Of a DNA stretch of 64,000 bases, positions 1 to 14,996 are shown one piece after another (position 1 is the stretch's first letter; every line of letters begins with the position of its first letter). The notes beneath the pieces are model-generated. The model did no database searches. It worked only from the letters and a program-made list of their open reading frames with translations, and was not told the DNA's origin. The DNA comes from Octopus sinensis (lineage: Eukaryota), in NCBI RefSeq assembly GCF_006345805.1, contig NC_043007.1:39866001-39930000 (forward strand), given 5' to 3'. Made by a program: the position numbers and the translations under genes.

Positions 1-387
1 CAAAAAAGTGCCTCGATTTTGACTTGGCGTTTCGCTTCTTCTATAAAAATACATTTTAGTTAGTGTAGCATTACATCTGTCTCCATAATGAATGAACTGA
101 CACAGAATGCAAGAATCTTTCTCATATAAGCGATAAATGACCATAAAAAACATATAATACAATAAAAAAGGATAAAAGAATAAGGAATAAAAAAATCGAA
201 TAAAATCAAATGAAATGGAATAAACCGATAATAAGACACAGTTACACAAAAGAAATAAAAAAATATTCGAGATCAGAATAGAACAATAAAACAAAAACAA
301 AAACAATTGGACGTTTCTATGGACTTTTATATTACATCGAAACAAATAAGTTAGCTTATATATACAATATATACGTACATAAACATA

Positions 388-425
<38 letters not shown>

Positions 426-1159
426 ATATATATATACATACACACCATATATACATACATATAGATACATATATATATATATACATACATACGCACATAC
501 ACGTACACACATACATGCATATATATCTATATATATATATCTATCTATCTATATCTATATCTATATCTATCTATATATATATATATATATAAATCTGTAT
601 GTATGTACGCATGCATGTACGTACGTAGGCATGTATGTATGTATGCATGTATGCATGTATGTATGTGGGTATGTATTTGCATATACATAAAGACTAATTC
701 GGGAAGTGGTATCCTGTCTACCTCACCCCCAATCACTTTCACCACACACACTCACTCACACACACACACACATACACATACACACATACATATTCTATTC
801 CTGAGTGTTATACTAATACATCTGTTTGTTTTGTACACCACCTGTCTTCATGTTTTGTTTTTTTCGTAAAACTCTCCATGGAAAAAAATGAAAATATATT
901 ATATCTGTCCAAAGCTCCCATCTCTTTTCAGCCACTCAAGCCTTTGGTAAACTCATAAAACAACAGCATACACACACACAGACTCAAAATAAGAGAAAGA
1001 GAACTTGTTTGTTTTGGGGAAAGAACCGTAAAACCAAGACCTTAACAGGTTTTGGTGTTCTATCGACGCCTGGTGGGTTGTTTGGCAGAAGTGATTGAAA
1101 GTTGTGAGACATGTCGATTAGAGATGTGTTAGAAATTGCTGGAAAATTAAATGTTATCT

Positions 1160-1222
1160 CATCATCATCATCATCATCGTCGTCGTCGGCATCATCGTCA
1201 TCATCATCATCATCATCATCAG

Positions 1223-1264
<42 letters not shown>

Positions 1265-1610
1265 CACCCTCATCATCATCTTCATCATCAGCACCATCAT
1301 CATTGACGTCATAATCATCGTCATCGTCACCATCATCTTCGTCGTCATCACCATCGTCATGATCGTCATCGACATCGTCATCGTTGTCGTCGATATTATC
1401 ATCACAATAGTCATCATCATCATCGTCGTCGTCGTTCTTCGTCATCGTCATCGTCTTCACCATCACCACCACCACCACCACCATCTCATCATCATCATCA
1501 TCATCATCATCATCAACTACAGCAGCAGCATAATTATCATAATAATCATCATCATCATCCTTGTCATCGTCGTTGTCATCATCATCATCATCATCATAAT
1601 AATAATAATC
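1160..1610. repeat. (ATC)n/(GTC)n trinucleotide low-complexity tract
   Basis: Long runs of tcatca/tcgtcg; source of the poly-D, poly-S and poly-M ORFs. Confidence 0.95.
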
Positions 1611-1692
1611 AACGGCTGCCGCAGTAGCAGAGATCGAGAATACTCCATGAAGTCACTTTTATACAAAGATACATTTACATGAAATGTAAAAA

Positions 1693-1731
<39 letters not shown>

Positions 1732-2264
1732 AGAGTGGATGCGAGATAGAAAGGAAGAGAGAAAGTTACGTAGAAATTATATAAAGTTTTCGCATGTGTG
1801 CTTATTATAGAAAGACTATAAATACATATGTGCATGCACAGACAAACACATTCTTCCCCCACACATATATATATATATATATAATATATATACACTCATA
1901 TATATACATAAATTTGGAAGAGTTTTATAGGTGTTAAAAGCATGTGTTGATGGTTAGAGCCTTCACGGAATGGGTATGCTGGTGTGGTTGTGGTTGTGGA
2001 TTCTAATGTGAGTGAGATTAGGCAAGGTTTTGGAAGGAGAGAATAGGAGAACAAGATTTCACGAATCAAGCCGAAAAAAGCGGGAACAACAAGAATAAAC
2101 TCATGTTTAATGGAAACGACAGAAATATCGTTATTAAACAAATAAGATAGAAAATGATAGATGGGAAGATAACTAGATAGATAGGTTGATGGAATGATGC
2201 ATAAAAATAGGAGTTACAGCTAGTAATATATCTGTGTGTATATGTATTTATATATATGTATCTT

Positions 2265-2318
<54 letters not shown>

Positions 2319-2717
2319 AAAATGGAACACGAACGGAACAGGCGACAACAGATGATCCGGACAGTTAGACCAAAAAAAAAGGACAGGAAAAAACAAGGAC
2401 GGGTCATACGGATCTTCCTATCATCAGTCGAGTTCCAGATCATCTTTACAGTTTCGGCGGTTATATATATATTATATATATAATATATATATATATAGAT
2501 AATATAATTACATACATACAGATATATATATATATATATACATATTATATATATATTATATATATATTATATATATATATTATATATATATATTATATAT
2601 ATAAATAGGATCAATATTCCCTCAAATAATTATCTATATATCACAGGGAGCCGAGTAGTAGAAAAGAAAAGTAAGAAATAATATGAATAAACGAAAAGGG
2701 TTGATGCTATTTTAAAA

Positions 2718-2753
<36 letters not shown>

Positions 2754-2897
2754 CTGTGTGTGTTTGTGTGTGTATCCCGAACACACGCGCCTACACACAC
2801 ACACACATGCGCTCGCACATATAAATATATTTGCAATTAGTTTCATATGTAAAATATCAAATATAGTAAAGCATTAATTGTTGAAAGAACTCAATAC

Positions 2898-3016
2898 TTA
2901 ATGCGGAATGTTTATTTTCGTGTCCATATTTTAATTTTGTTATCTTCGAGTCGTCACTTCGTACCGCGCTACTAACACCACCGTCACTACGACTAGCGAC
3001 ACCTAGTGCCATTAAC
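2898..3016 (-). CDS. Candidate internal exon of an unidentified gene (LMALGVASRSDGGVSSAVRSDDSKITKLKYGHENKHSAL)
   Basis: Minus-strand tatag acceptor and weak gtattg donor; open frame; non-repetitive island. Phases fit candidate exons 3827-3848 and 1041-1138. No homology recognised. Confidence 0.25.
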
Positions 3017-3144
3017 CTATAACACACGCAAAACGCCATCAATTCAAACACCAACCAACAACAACAACAACAACAACAGAAGCAACAGCAACAACACGAC
3101 AAAAACGAGAGTGACAAGAAATTTTGTTGATTCTATAAACACAT

Positions 3145-3700
3145 GAACATTAATAATAGCAACAACAACAACAACAACAACAACAACAAAAACAACAACA
3201 ACAACAACAACACCAACCACAAGCTTACAAACAACAATATATACACACATGCAAACACACGCGCGCACACTCGCACACACAAAGTATGTATGTATGTATG
3301 TATGTATGTATGTATGTATGTATGTATGTATATATGTACGTACGTACGTATGTATGTATGTATGTATATATGTACGTACGTATATATGTATGTATGTATG
3401 TGTGTATATATGTATGTATGTATGTATGTGTGTATATATGTATGTATGTATGTATGTATGTACATACGTATGTATATATGTATGTATGCATGTATGTATG
3501 TATGTATATATGTATGTATCTACGCATGTATGTATGTATGCATGTATGTGTGTATGCAGGTATGTATCTATGTATGTATGCATGCATGTAAGTATCTACG
3601 CATGTATGTATGTGTGTATGTATGCATGTTTGCATGTATGTGTGTATGTATATATGTATGTATGTATGCATCTATGTTTTGGGTGTATGTATATAACTTT
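3145..3700. repeat. (AAC)n tract followed by a long (ATGT)n tract
   Basis: Directly visible simple repeats. Confidence 0.95.
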
Positions 3701-3921
3701 AATTATGACAATTAGATATCTGAAATGTAATTAACGGGAAAACGAAACAACATGAACAGAACAGTGAAAGACACCTGAAAAACAATGAGAAAACGAGTGT
3801 AAAAAACATTTCCTATGCATCCGCACCTTTCAGTGTGCTTGTAGTTGTCTTTAAGAGCAAATGTTTTTAGTGTTTTCAATATCCCCATTTCTCTCTGCTT
3901 TTCCCCCTGTACCATCTATCA

Positions 3922-3963
<42 letters not shown>

Positions 3964-4417
3964 TCATTTCCCCGCCTTTTTCTCTCTTTCACTTTCTCCC
4001 TCTGTATTGTTGTCTTTCTGACAGTCTGTCCGTCTGTATCTCTTAATGGTTGTTCATAATCCAGATCTGCTGCTGTTTATCTTCCTCCAAGGTGTGAAAA
4101 GCTCGCTTATTTTTGCAACGCAACTTAGGCCGAAAGATGGCGTGATCCTGACAGCTTCTTTTAGACAGCTTTACTTTGCTATGGAAAACAAGCAAACGAA
4201 TAAAACCCCAAAACGAAACAAAAACAATACCCTAGATAAATGATCTACCCACTCTTTCTACCATTCGTCTTAATAAAATCAAATAAAATGCTCTACTCTA
4301 CAAAATGTTCTGTTTATCACTCCGGTTCTACAGTGTTTCTGATGATTTAAATCACTTTATCATTATTATTATTATTATTATTATTATTTATTATATTATT
4401 ATTATTATTATTATTAT

Positions 4418-4449
<32 letters not shown>

Positions 4450-4608
4450 TTATTATTATTATTCATTATTATTATTATTATTAGTATTATTATATATTTT
4501 ATTATTATTTGTCGTTTTGTGTGGTTTTATAGCTTCGCTATATTTCGTTTGCTTTGTCTTCCCTTTGTTCTTTATTCATATGTTGTTTGTGATACTTTAT
4601 ATATATTA

Positions 4609-4640
<32 letters not shown>

Positions 4641-4685
4641 GCAATATATATTATATCTATATATATTATAGATATATAATATATA

Positions 4686-4728
<43 letters not shown>

Positions 4729-5186
4729 GCATATATATATATATATATATAATATATATATATGTATGTATATATGTATATATGTACGTGTATATATATA
4801 ATATATACATATTATACATATATATAATATATATATATATTATATATATATATATATACATACATATATATATATATTCTTGTTTTATTTCTTTTTACCT
4901 ATTGTATTTTTTTTTTTCAGTTTGGAAGAAATAAAACATATTAAATGGAAAAATAAATGGAAGAATGAAATGTTGAATGTAAGGAAGAACAGAAGGGAAA
5001 GGAGAAAGAATGGAAGTAAGACAGTAAAAGAACTGAAATGGTAAAAGTTAGGAACGAAATAAGTGTAACAAAGAACGTTTATCATCGTATGAATTTCTTC
5101 ACTTTATAAGTGTTTGCCACACACACAAACTCACACGCACTCACATATACACACATGTCTGTATATGTATGTATTTTTATATACAT

Positions 5187-5248
<62 letters not shown>

Positions 5249-5372
5249 TTTTGTGTATATGTATAAATATATTTGTGCATATGAATAAATGTGTATATAA
5301 CTAAATATATGTGCACAGGCCTACATGCATGTGATACAAACAGAGAGAGAGAGAGAGAGAGAGAGTAGAGAG

Positions 5373-5416
<44 letters not shown>

Positions 5417-5652
5417 AGTAGAGTGGAGATAGAGAGAAATAGACAGATAGAAAGGGAGGAAGACCGGGAGAGAGTGAGTGAGTGAGTGAGTGAGAAATAA
5501 AGAGGAATTGGAAACAAGATGGAGGCTGAGGAAAAGTCAGGTACTTTTAAATGACTCGTTGCGATGTAAAAGCGAGTTTATCATCATTTGAAATTCGAGT
5601 TTGTATAGAGTGCTCGTGTGAGTCGGACGACGATTAAAGATTTAGCGAATGC

Positions 5653-5728
<76 letters not shown>

Positions 5729-5964
5729 TGCATAAAACTAAAAACAAAAACTGAAAGTCGAATGTATAAAGGCGTCGTAGAAAGAGAGGAAACTAAAAAG
5801 AGAGAAAAGAATTAACGAAGAGATAGTGGATAAAGATAAACTTGAGATAGGAAGAAATATTTAGATGTAAAGTGAGTTACTATTATCATTGGCGTGTTAA
5901 GAAGAAAGATTTAAGATTTAAGAGGTGATGTAAACACACACACACATATATATATATATGTATG

Positions 5965-5995
<31 letters not shown>

Positions 5996-6249
5996 ATATA
6001 TATGTATATATATGTATGTATGTATGTATGTATATGGCTATTTAGGATAAAAGTGCGCTTTGCGTTTCCTCTAATATATATTTGCAAGTGTAGGATTCCT
6101 TGGGATTTAGATAACTGCAAAGCTACAAGAATAATAAAAACGAGTTCCAAATTCAGTCCACTTTCTTTCTAAAGCCCTACGTTGACCGTTATCGGGGGAG
6201 TGAATTTGAAAGATAGAAACTGCGAGGATGCCTGTATATAAATACATAA

Positions 6250-6665
<416 letters not shown>

Positions 6666-7189
6666 GAGGGTAAGGTTGCAGAATCTTTAGCATATCGGAG
6701 AAAATGCTCAGCAGTATATTCACCGGCGTTTTCGTTCTGAATTCAGATTCTGCTATGGATGACTTTGCCGTTTATCCTTTCAGGGTCGATAAAATAAAGT
6801 ACCAGTCAAACACTGAAGTAAATATAATAGACTTCCTTTTAACTCTAACTTTGATGGCATTGTGCCAAAATTAGAATGTGTATATGTATGTGTATGTTTG
6901 TGCGTGTGTGTGCGCACGCACGTGTGAATGTGTGTGCGTGTTTGCCAGTGTGAGTGTGTGTGAGTATATGTGTGTGTGTATGTGTGTGTGTTTGCTTCTC
7001 ACTGTTCGACAATCGTCGTTGCTTCCTGTGGCTCCCTTCCCCTACCAACTGAGCTCTTGGTCAAGAGACAAAGATAGAATAATTACGAAAGTTTAAAAGA
7101 AGTAGTGCAGTCGACTTGTTCGACCAAACCTTTCAAGGATGTGCTCCAGCGTGGCCACAGTCTAATGGATGATAAAAGAACAAAAGAAA

Positions 7190-7700
7190 CCGGAATTTTA
7201 CAATGTCATTTTATTCACTTGGTTTTACACTTTTATCACCTTCAAAGTATTCTCCATTTGAAGCAATGAATCGGTCCAGACGCGTTTTCAGTTGTTCGAA
7301 GCAGTAGTAGATCTCTTGCCTTTAACGCCTCCGTCGTTCTTTTCTTCACTTCTTCCACATTTGCAAATTCTGTAGCACCAACTTTCGGTACCAGTGACTG
7401 CTTTTGATATTCTGTGAGCAAGCGAGACAGATTTTGCTGCAACTCTTTTCATTCACAATTCCTCGATCAAAATTCGTTGGCAGGAGCTCCAGGACACACC
7501 ACTCATATCAGCAAGTTCGTCAACTCTTAGGTGATGGTCTTCCAAGAACAGTTCATGAATTTTATTGATGTTCTCGTTCGTTCGGGAGGTCAACATTCGC
7601 CCTGAACGAGATTCGTCTTCAAGCGACAAGTGGTCATTTCTGAAACGTAGAAACCACTCGTAAACTTGAATAAGCTGTTTGAAGCACGGCGGTATTTATA
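7190..7700 (-). mobile_element. Internally deleted mariner transposon remnant
   Basis: Minus-strand translations give FANVEEVKKRTTEALK and LDRFIASNGEYFEGDKS (mariner C-terminus), plus VYEWFLRFRNDHLSLEDESRSGR (mariner N-terminal HTH region). Confidence 0.8.
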
Positions 7701-8798
7701 AGAAGCAATTTTCTTTTCTATATGATCCTGTTCATGTTCTTTACGATCAAGGCCACGGGATGAGCATCGTTATCTATCCAGTATATTCACTGGTATTGTG
7801 AAAAGCTTGCCGGGCTGTAAAAAAGTCGCTGTATGCAGCTGATGCAACAACGAATCAAAGCTCGTAAGTGTATATACTTTTAGTATGAAACACATGACGA
7901 TTTAGAGTTTATGTACATATTTTGAGGTATTAGCCAAATACCCTTCTCTTTGCAGAAGAAAAGCTCTTACCATAATCTAACGGATGGTCATTGGTTGGGA
8001 TTATGCTTTCACCTTGATTGACAATGAATGTAAAGTATATTATATGTAAATTACTTTTTATCATTAACCATGACTTTAAGGAAATCTTCCTTAGTTCAAA
8101 TTATGATTCCTGCAACATTAAAGACGATTCAGGATGTATTCTTTGAATGTTTTCTTCGCTTTTTTTGTTGCACAATTTGGAAGCAAATTGGAACAATTTT
8201 ACTATTTCTGGTACCTGTCCTTGCACCCAACTTTTTGATATAAACTGAGGAAGCAATAAGATGACGATAAATCGTGACGAAAGGCCTCTCCGATCGCTTA
8301 TATCCACTTGTCAGCAGTAGCTAAGGATATATATATTTAACTGTGTTGGCGCCTTCCTGAACGCGACTCCAGTGTCACATAAAACAGCAATTTTATTCTT
8401 GTTTTTCTGATGAAAATTCTATAAATTTATTGATGAATTAGTGATGGAAACTTACAGTAACAGAAATGTCTAATAGAAGAAGAAATTATGAAATAATATT
8501 TTGTCATCCATACATCATAAAACGTAATATAGACTAATTAACGATGTCACTAGCAAATATCTTGTAGATAATTAACTTTTATCTCTCTATTAAATCATAT
8601 TTAGAAAAATAGTAAAATTTAATTTTTGTACCAAGACTGTTCATTACCTCTCTCTCCTTCTTTCTTTCTTCCTATATATATACATACTCAAATATACACA
8701 TAATGCAGAATATACACACATAACACACACACCACAATATATATATATATTATATTATATTACATGTATATATAAAAGGAGCGCGTAATATATTGGTA

Positions 8799-8853
<55 letters not shown>

Positions 8854-8880
8854 GTATATATAGATATATCTATATATATG

Positions 8881-8931
<51 letters not shown>

Positions 8932-9039
8932 ACATATATATATATATATATGTTATATATATGTAATATATATATATATGTATATATATATAATATATAT
9001 TATATATATATATATATTATATATATATATATAATATAT

Positions 9040-9099
<60 letters not shown>

Positions 9100-9110
9100 A
9101 GATATATATA

Positions 9111-9205
<95 letters not shown>

Positions 9206-9214
9206 CTATATAAC

Positions 9215-9329
9215 GGCGGTGAGCTAGCAGAATCGTTTAACACGCCGGACAAAATGTATAGCAGCAGTTCGTCCGTCCTCACGTTCTGAGTTCAATTGCC
9301 GCTGGAGTCGACTTTGTCTTTCATCCTTT
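9215..9329 (+). mobile_element. SINE family B, 5' part
   Basis: ggcggtgagctagcagaatcg...gttctgagttcaa...gtcgactttgtctttcatcctttc, shared with about 10 other copies in the window. Confidence 0.8.
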
Positions 9330-9576
9330 CTTTTCATTTATTGCCGAGAACCTTTCAGTAATGACTAGTTAAAGAAATATCTTTAAATGCTCCATTGGTA
9401 AAATTTGTAATTTCAACAAAAAGAAAGACTAAAAAAACATTTTTCAAAAAATATATTTTACGTACATTCTTTCTTTCAATAGCAAACATTGTTCCACGGG
9501 TGACGCGGAAAACAAATTATTTAAGCCAACAAACGAGTGTCTAGGAATAGTCCTAATCGTTATACTGTTTTCCAGT

Positions 9577-9956
9577 GGAGGCGTAATGGCCCAGTGGTTA
9601 GGGCAGCGGACTCGCGGTCGGAGGATCGCGGTTTTGATTCCCAGACCGGGCATTGTGAGTGTTTATTGAGCGAAAACACCTAAAGCTCCACGAGGCTCCG
9701 GCAGGGGGTGGTGGTGAACCCTGCTGTACTCTTTCACCACAACTTTCTCTCACTCTTTCTTCCTGTTTCTCTTGTACCTGTATTTCAAAGGGCCAGCCTT
9801 GTCACACTCTGTGTCATGCTGAATCTCCTCGAGAACTACGTTAAGGGTACACGTGTCTGTGGAGTGCTCAGCCACTTGCACGTTAATATCACGAGCAAGC
9901 TGTTCCGTTGATAGTATCAGCTGGGACCCTCGTCGTCGGAACCGACGGAGTGCTCC
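9577..9956 (+). mobile_element. Full-length tRNA-derived SINE family A with a 16-bp TSD
   Basis: tRNA-like head (tggcccagtggttagg A-box-like, ggttttgattccc B-box-like); TATACTGTTTTCCAGT repeated at 9561-9576 and 9957-9972. Confidence 0.92.
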
Positions 9957-9961
9957 TATAC

Positions 9962-10028
9962 TGTTTTCCAGTATTCTCCCTCATGCATCCTGAACATGTT
10001 CTGAATATCGAGGAAGTCAAGTACATGT
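9962..10028 (-). CDS. Candidate exon (HVLDFLDIQNMFRMHEGEYWKT)
   Basis: Strong pyrimidine-rich acceptor (ttttgtctttcttcttgcatcag), open frame, weak gtatag donor; no homology recognised. Confidence 0.25.
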
Positions 10029-10374
10029 CTGATGCAAGAAGAAAGACAAAAATGTGTTTAGCCAAATTACAGAGTGAAAGTTGAAGATTTCCTAGTGAGT
10101 GCTATAGTCAGTCTTGTTTATCTTCCATCTGCATCCATTCCCTGAATGAAAAACCGATCGAAATCTGTCATCGGTACACGACGCAACATCGTTGTTGACC
10201 TTGACAGACAGTGTTAACCATTATACACTTCAAACTTTGACGTTCCAATGTATTTCTTTATTTATATCTAGCAGGAAGTAAACAGAGTGACCCAAGAAGC
10301 AGAAGGAACAGGGATCTTGAGTCACTCTCTTAATTCTACCAAATATGAATTTAAAAAAACTGTATTCGTGTTCT

Positions 10375-10712
10375 TTCTTTTATTCTTTTACTTGCTTCAG
10401 TCTTAAACACCTTAAAGAGTTCTTTTTAGTCGAAAAATCGACCCCAGGACTTGTTCTTTGTAAGCCTAGTACTTATCTATCCGCTAAGTTACGGGGCCGT
10501 AAACACACCGACATCGGTTGTCAAGCAATGGTGGTCGGGGGGGTACAAATACAGACTCAAAGACATAAATATGGACTTCTTTCAGTTTCCCTCTACCAAA
10601 TCCACTTACAAGGCTTTGATTAGTCCGAGATTATATTTGAAGACACATGTCCAAGGTGCCACGCAGTGGGAATGAACCCAGAATCATGTGGTTGTGAAGC
10701 AAGCTTCTTTTA
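10375..10712 (-). mobile_element. SINE family C
   Basis: Reverse complement of the 22767-23160 element. Confidence 0.8.
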
Positions 10713-10876
10713 TTCATTAGATTGGCCATAAAGGCCTTAGAAAGAAAGGAAGCTACGGGCTGGACGAAGACACAATGAAATGAAATGATAAATGATATGA
10801 TAATAATAAGGGCAACAGGCAACGCCCGCCGATTGCTGTTTACCCGAGCACATTGTTCTTTATGAATACCATATTT

Positions 10877-11032
10877 GAGGTAACAAACCTCTTACACAGT
10901 TCAAAGTGAAATATTAATGAGGCAACAAAACTCTTACATTCACAACACAAAAGCCATTGTGCGGCAATAAACCTCTTATACAAGTCAATATAATTCAGTT
11001 AAACAATAAAAATGAGGCACCAAGCCTCTTAT
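10877..11032. repeat. Four 19-bp repeats (GAGGCAACAAACCTCTTAY) separated by 23/23/34-bp dissimilar spacers
   Basis: Copies at 10877, 10919, 10961 and 11014. Confidence 0.8.
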
Positions 11033-11945
11033 TTTTAATATTTACAACCCTTTCTGCCCGACTAGACTTCTCGCCTCGGTCAAACACCTGGAGAGTGTCA
11101 AGTTGGGCCGATTAAATACAAAATTAAAGGTTTCCTCTGGGTAGGAGTTCATTACCCTGCACAGATCAGTGTCCCATATGACCTCCTTCTTACCTTACAG
11201 CCATGCCTGCGTCTATATGTAAATATAAGTATGTGTGTTTTAAGAGTACATTTAGCCAGTGTTCATATCATTTCTGTTCTTACCAGAGAGAATTGTAAGG
11301 TGCTTATAGTATAATAATTTAGAAACTTTCAGAGAGTAGAAAAGCGAATTAAGTTTTTACGGCGGAACTCGAAGTAAAGAATGCTTATAATTTATAAATT
11401 TATCCCTTTGAGGATCCTAGGATTGTGGATTTCATTCTCGGATCGGACAAGGCATTGAGTTCTTGAGCAAGGCACTTTATTTCGTGTTGATCCAGTCTAT
11501 TTAGCTGAAATAGAGTATCAGCCAAAACCTGGTATGGTCCACTGTCAGTCGAGATGTGAAATTTTTGATGTTGCATGGATCGGGAGTAGGATGTTTTGAG
11601 AGGATGTGTATGTTTCATCACGGCTGCGTAAGTACCTACCACAAAGAGTGAAAGTGTATCGCTGAAGCGTGACGGAGATCATACGTACATAAATGATGCT
11701 TATATACATATATATACATACATACATACATATACACATACATACATACATACATATATACATACATACATACATACATACATACATACATACATACATA
11801 CATACATGCATGCATGCATACAAACACATATACACACTATTCTGGGTACTCTAAGCTAATGATCAAAAAAGACCACTATCAATTATGCATTTTATACATC
11901 CTAAGATAGAGTTACATAATTTATTAATAACACTGTATGTGTGAC

Positions 11946-11984
<39 letters not shown>

Positions 11985-12903
11985 TGTGTGTGTTTGCACG
12001 CGTGTATTTATGTATATATGTATATGTGTATCTATGGGTGTATGTTTCACAAGAATATCATTAATGTATATTCAGCACTTGTGATACATATTGTAGCTTC
12101 AAAAATATTATTTTCTCTCACAAACAAATGATGATTTTCAATCAGACTTAGATTTCTAAGAGAGGCACTAGGCAACACATTTCACTAGAGAGAACAATCA
12201 ATTTAGTAACTGATCTATCGATTAATCTATCAAATAATTTTATGCGTATACACTATTTCATTAATATTAATAACAATTTAATTAGATTAGCTACATTTAC
12301 GCGTTTTACATTTATGTAAATAGTATATAGGTAGGTAATCTAATTTGTGCTTATTTGTGTGCGAGTATGTATGTATGTATGTATTTATGTATGTATGTAT
12401 GTATGTATGAATGAATGTATGTATATGTGTATATATATATATGTGAGTGCTTATGTGTATTTATATACATGTATATATATATATATATGTGTGTGTAGAT
12501 ACAGTGTGTGAACAAATGTGTATGTATGTATACATACACACATATATATATATATGCACTTATATACAAATATATATATATATGTATATATATTTGTATG
12601 TGTGTGTGTGGATGTTAGTATGTGTATATCTACATATTGTATAAATATATGTATCAATTTATACATATATATACGGGTATATCCAATCGCATTTATGTGT
12701 TTATGCGGTCGTATTCATGTATATGGAAACGTATGCGTATACATGTGTGTGTGTGTGCGTGTGTGTATGTGGATACACGAACATGTTCATTTAAACATAC
12801 ACATATGAATAGATTCAAATATCAAACACCTGTATAATAAGGTACCTGTACATACATCTATACACACACAAACACACACACACACACACACACAAACACA
12901 CAC

Positions 12904-12971
<68 letters not shown>

Positions 12972-13486
12972 CCTGTATACGTATATGAATGTATATGTAC
13001 ATGTGTGTGGGCTTATATAAACGCACACATGTGTCAATTATTCCAGAATCATCCACCTTATCCTTTTTGACTCCCCCCTCCTCACTTTCCTTCTCCAATG
13101 AGCTCCGCCTCCACACACCAATTTCATCACACCTGGTATCCCCTTCCGCCACTCACAGAATACGCATCTTCAATCCACTCTTACGCACCACCCCAGACAC
13201 AGACACTAACTCACATCCACATATATATTACTTACACACACCGTTGTTCACACATCTCGTCCCCGAAACATTCACACTCTCAAGTTATACGCACTTATGC
13301 TCACACATAACCCTATTTCACGTAATATTTGGTGTCTTCGACAAACTACAATCAGTCACACACACACTATAACGTTGACACACTCATACCCACGAGCAAG
13401 GATAACCACAGAGGTAGTATATGCATAAAAGCATTCACTGTCACTCTCTCGAATATACACGCTTCGCGTTATGATTTATAACTGGT

Positions 13487-13812
13487 ACTCTGTCGGTTAC
13501 GACGACGAAGGTTCCAGTTGATCCGATCAACAGGATAGCCTGCTCGTGAAATTAACGTGCATGTGGCTGAGCAACCTATAGGCGCGTGTACCCTTTATGT
13601 AGTTCTCAGGGAGATTCAGCATGGCACAGAGTGGGACAAGTTTAATTCTTTGAAATACAGGCACTACTCATATTTTTGCCACCTGAATGTATTGGAGGAA
13701 TGCAAAACAAAAAAAAATGTTTTGCTCAAGGATGCAATGCGTCACTGAGAATTGAACTCAAGACCTTGCGATCACGAGCCGAATAGCCTAACCACTAAAC
13801 CACGCGTCTTCA
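13487..13812 (-). mobile_element. SINE family A-related copy
   Basis: Reverse complement matches the body and tRNA head of 9577-9956 and 63647-63860. Confidence 0.75.
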
Positions 13813-13837
13813 CTAATCATGACATATCCTTGAATTA

Positions 13838-14221
13838 TCTCTCTCTATATAAACGGCAGTGTGTCTGTCTGCGTGTCTGTGTGTCTGTTAGGTTGTACCC
13901 TCACCCTGACCACGGCTTTCAACCGATTCTGATGAAACTTGACACACACATAGCCCAATGTCATAATTCAAAACTAACGCAGCGAAAATTTTGAAAAGTT
14001 CCCCCAATTCTGTAAAAAACCGATAAATTCGACATGGGGTCGAGAATCAGAAACACAAACCACAGACTGTCTAGGGGACGCAACTCGATCTTTTTAACTC
14101 TCAAAAAAAATTTACCATAATTTTTTTTCCATTTTTTTGCTATTTTTTGGCTATAACTCTCTAAAAATGCTTTATAGTTATTTCCCTTACAAACCCGAGC
14201 AATGCCGGGCAATACTGCTAG
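13838..14221 (+). mobile_element. Non-autonomous Helitron-like element
   Basis: 5' TC end after A; internal (CTGT)n; subterminal hairpin CCCGAGC-AAT-GCCGGG (14194-14209); 3' CTAG followed by T (A/T target). Confidence 0.75.
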
Positions 14222-14963
14222 TATGTACATAAGCGTACACATATGCCCCTCTCTATATACACCATTTTTTTTCTCTTTGACACACACACACGCACACCTA
14301 CTAGCAAACGGACAAACACACAAACACACCTACTCATCATTCTCTCACGCACACAGAAGCATACACGGTCACTTACAAACAATATCACGCATAAATTCGA
14401 CACTCCTTGATTTTACTGGTACATTTAAATAACCCAATTCTCTTTCCCCTTCCACCTGTTAATTCTGCTTGGCCATTACTCACTCTGTAGCCAATCTACC
14501 AACACAGATACACACGCACAAACACAAACACACACACACTCGTGCGTGCATTCATGTTCTGCTACAGCTTCCTCCTTTTGTATCCATTATTCTCTCAAAA
14601 AACATCACTTTTGGTCTTCTATTCCACTTCCGTCAGCCAATTTCCTTTTTTTTCCAATAACAACTATTGTGCAAACTTTGGCATCTATTGTTTTTTTTTT
14701 TTCTTTTTGATTATATCCTCATCCTGAACACTTTTTACAGATTTATTAGCAACTTTATCTATTTCTCAGATTTTTACCAATTTATCAGAACTCCTTTCTC
14801 ATTTCTCAACTCAACTTTCTCAAACTTTCTCCAACCTTTAATGTTCCGCAGCTGCACGCTCCAAAGAACACTTAACACTCTTTCATGCCTTAAATTTATA
14901 CAACTGTACGCATATAAATAACCACTTCCAGTATCAGACAAGATGAGGCAATCATCCTCATCA

Positions 14964-14996
<33 letters not shown>

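Noticed and set aside
4046-4243. Exon or ORF at 4.05-4.24 kb
   Set aside because: Candidates on both strands hit stops or lack a donor; no recognisable product
8400-8470. Hammerhead-like CTGATGA...GAAACTTACAGTA
   Set aside because: Stem II is not adjacent to GAAA and stem I does not pair; AT-rich chance match
9577-9650. tRNA genes at SINE heads (also 36145, 47870, 63647)
   Set aside because: A/B-box-like heads run straight into SINE bodies; no complete cloverleaf acceptor stem
10877-11032. CRISPR array
   Set aside because: Eukaryotic context, only four degenerate 19-bp units, no cas genes or leader; kept as an unexplained array
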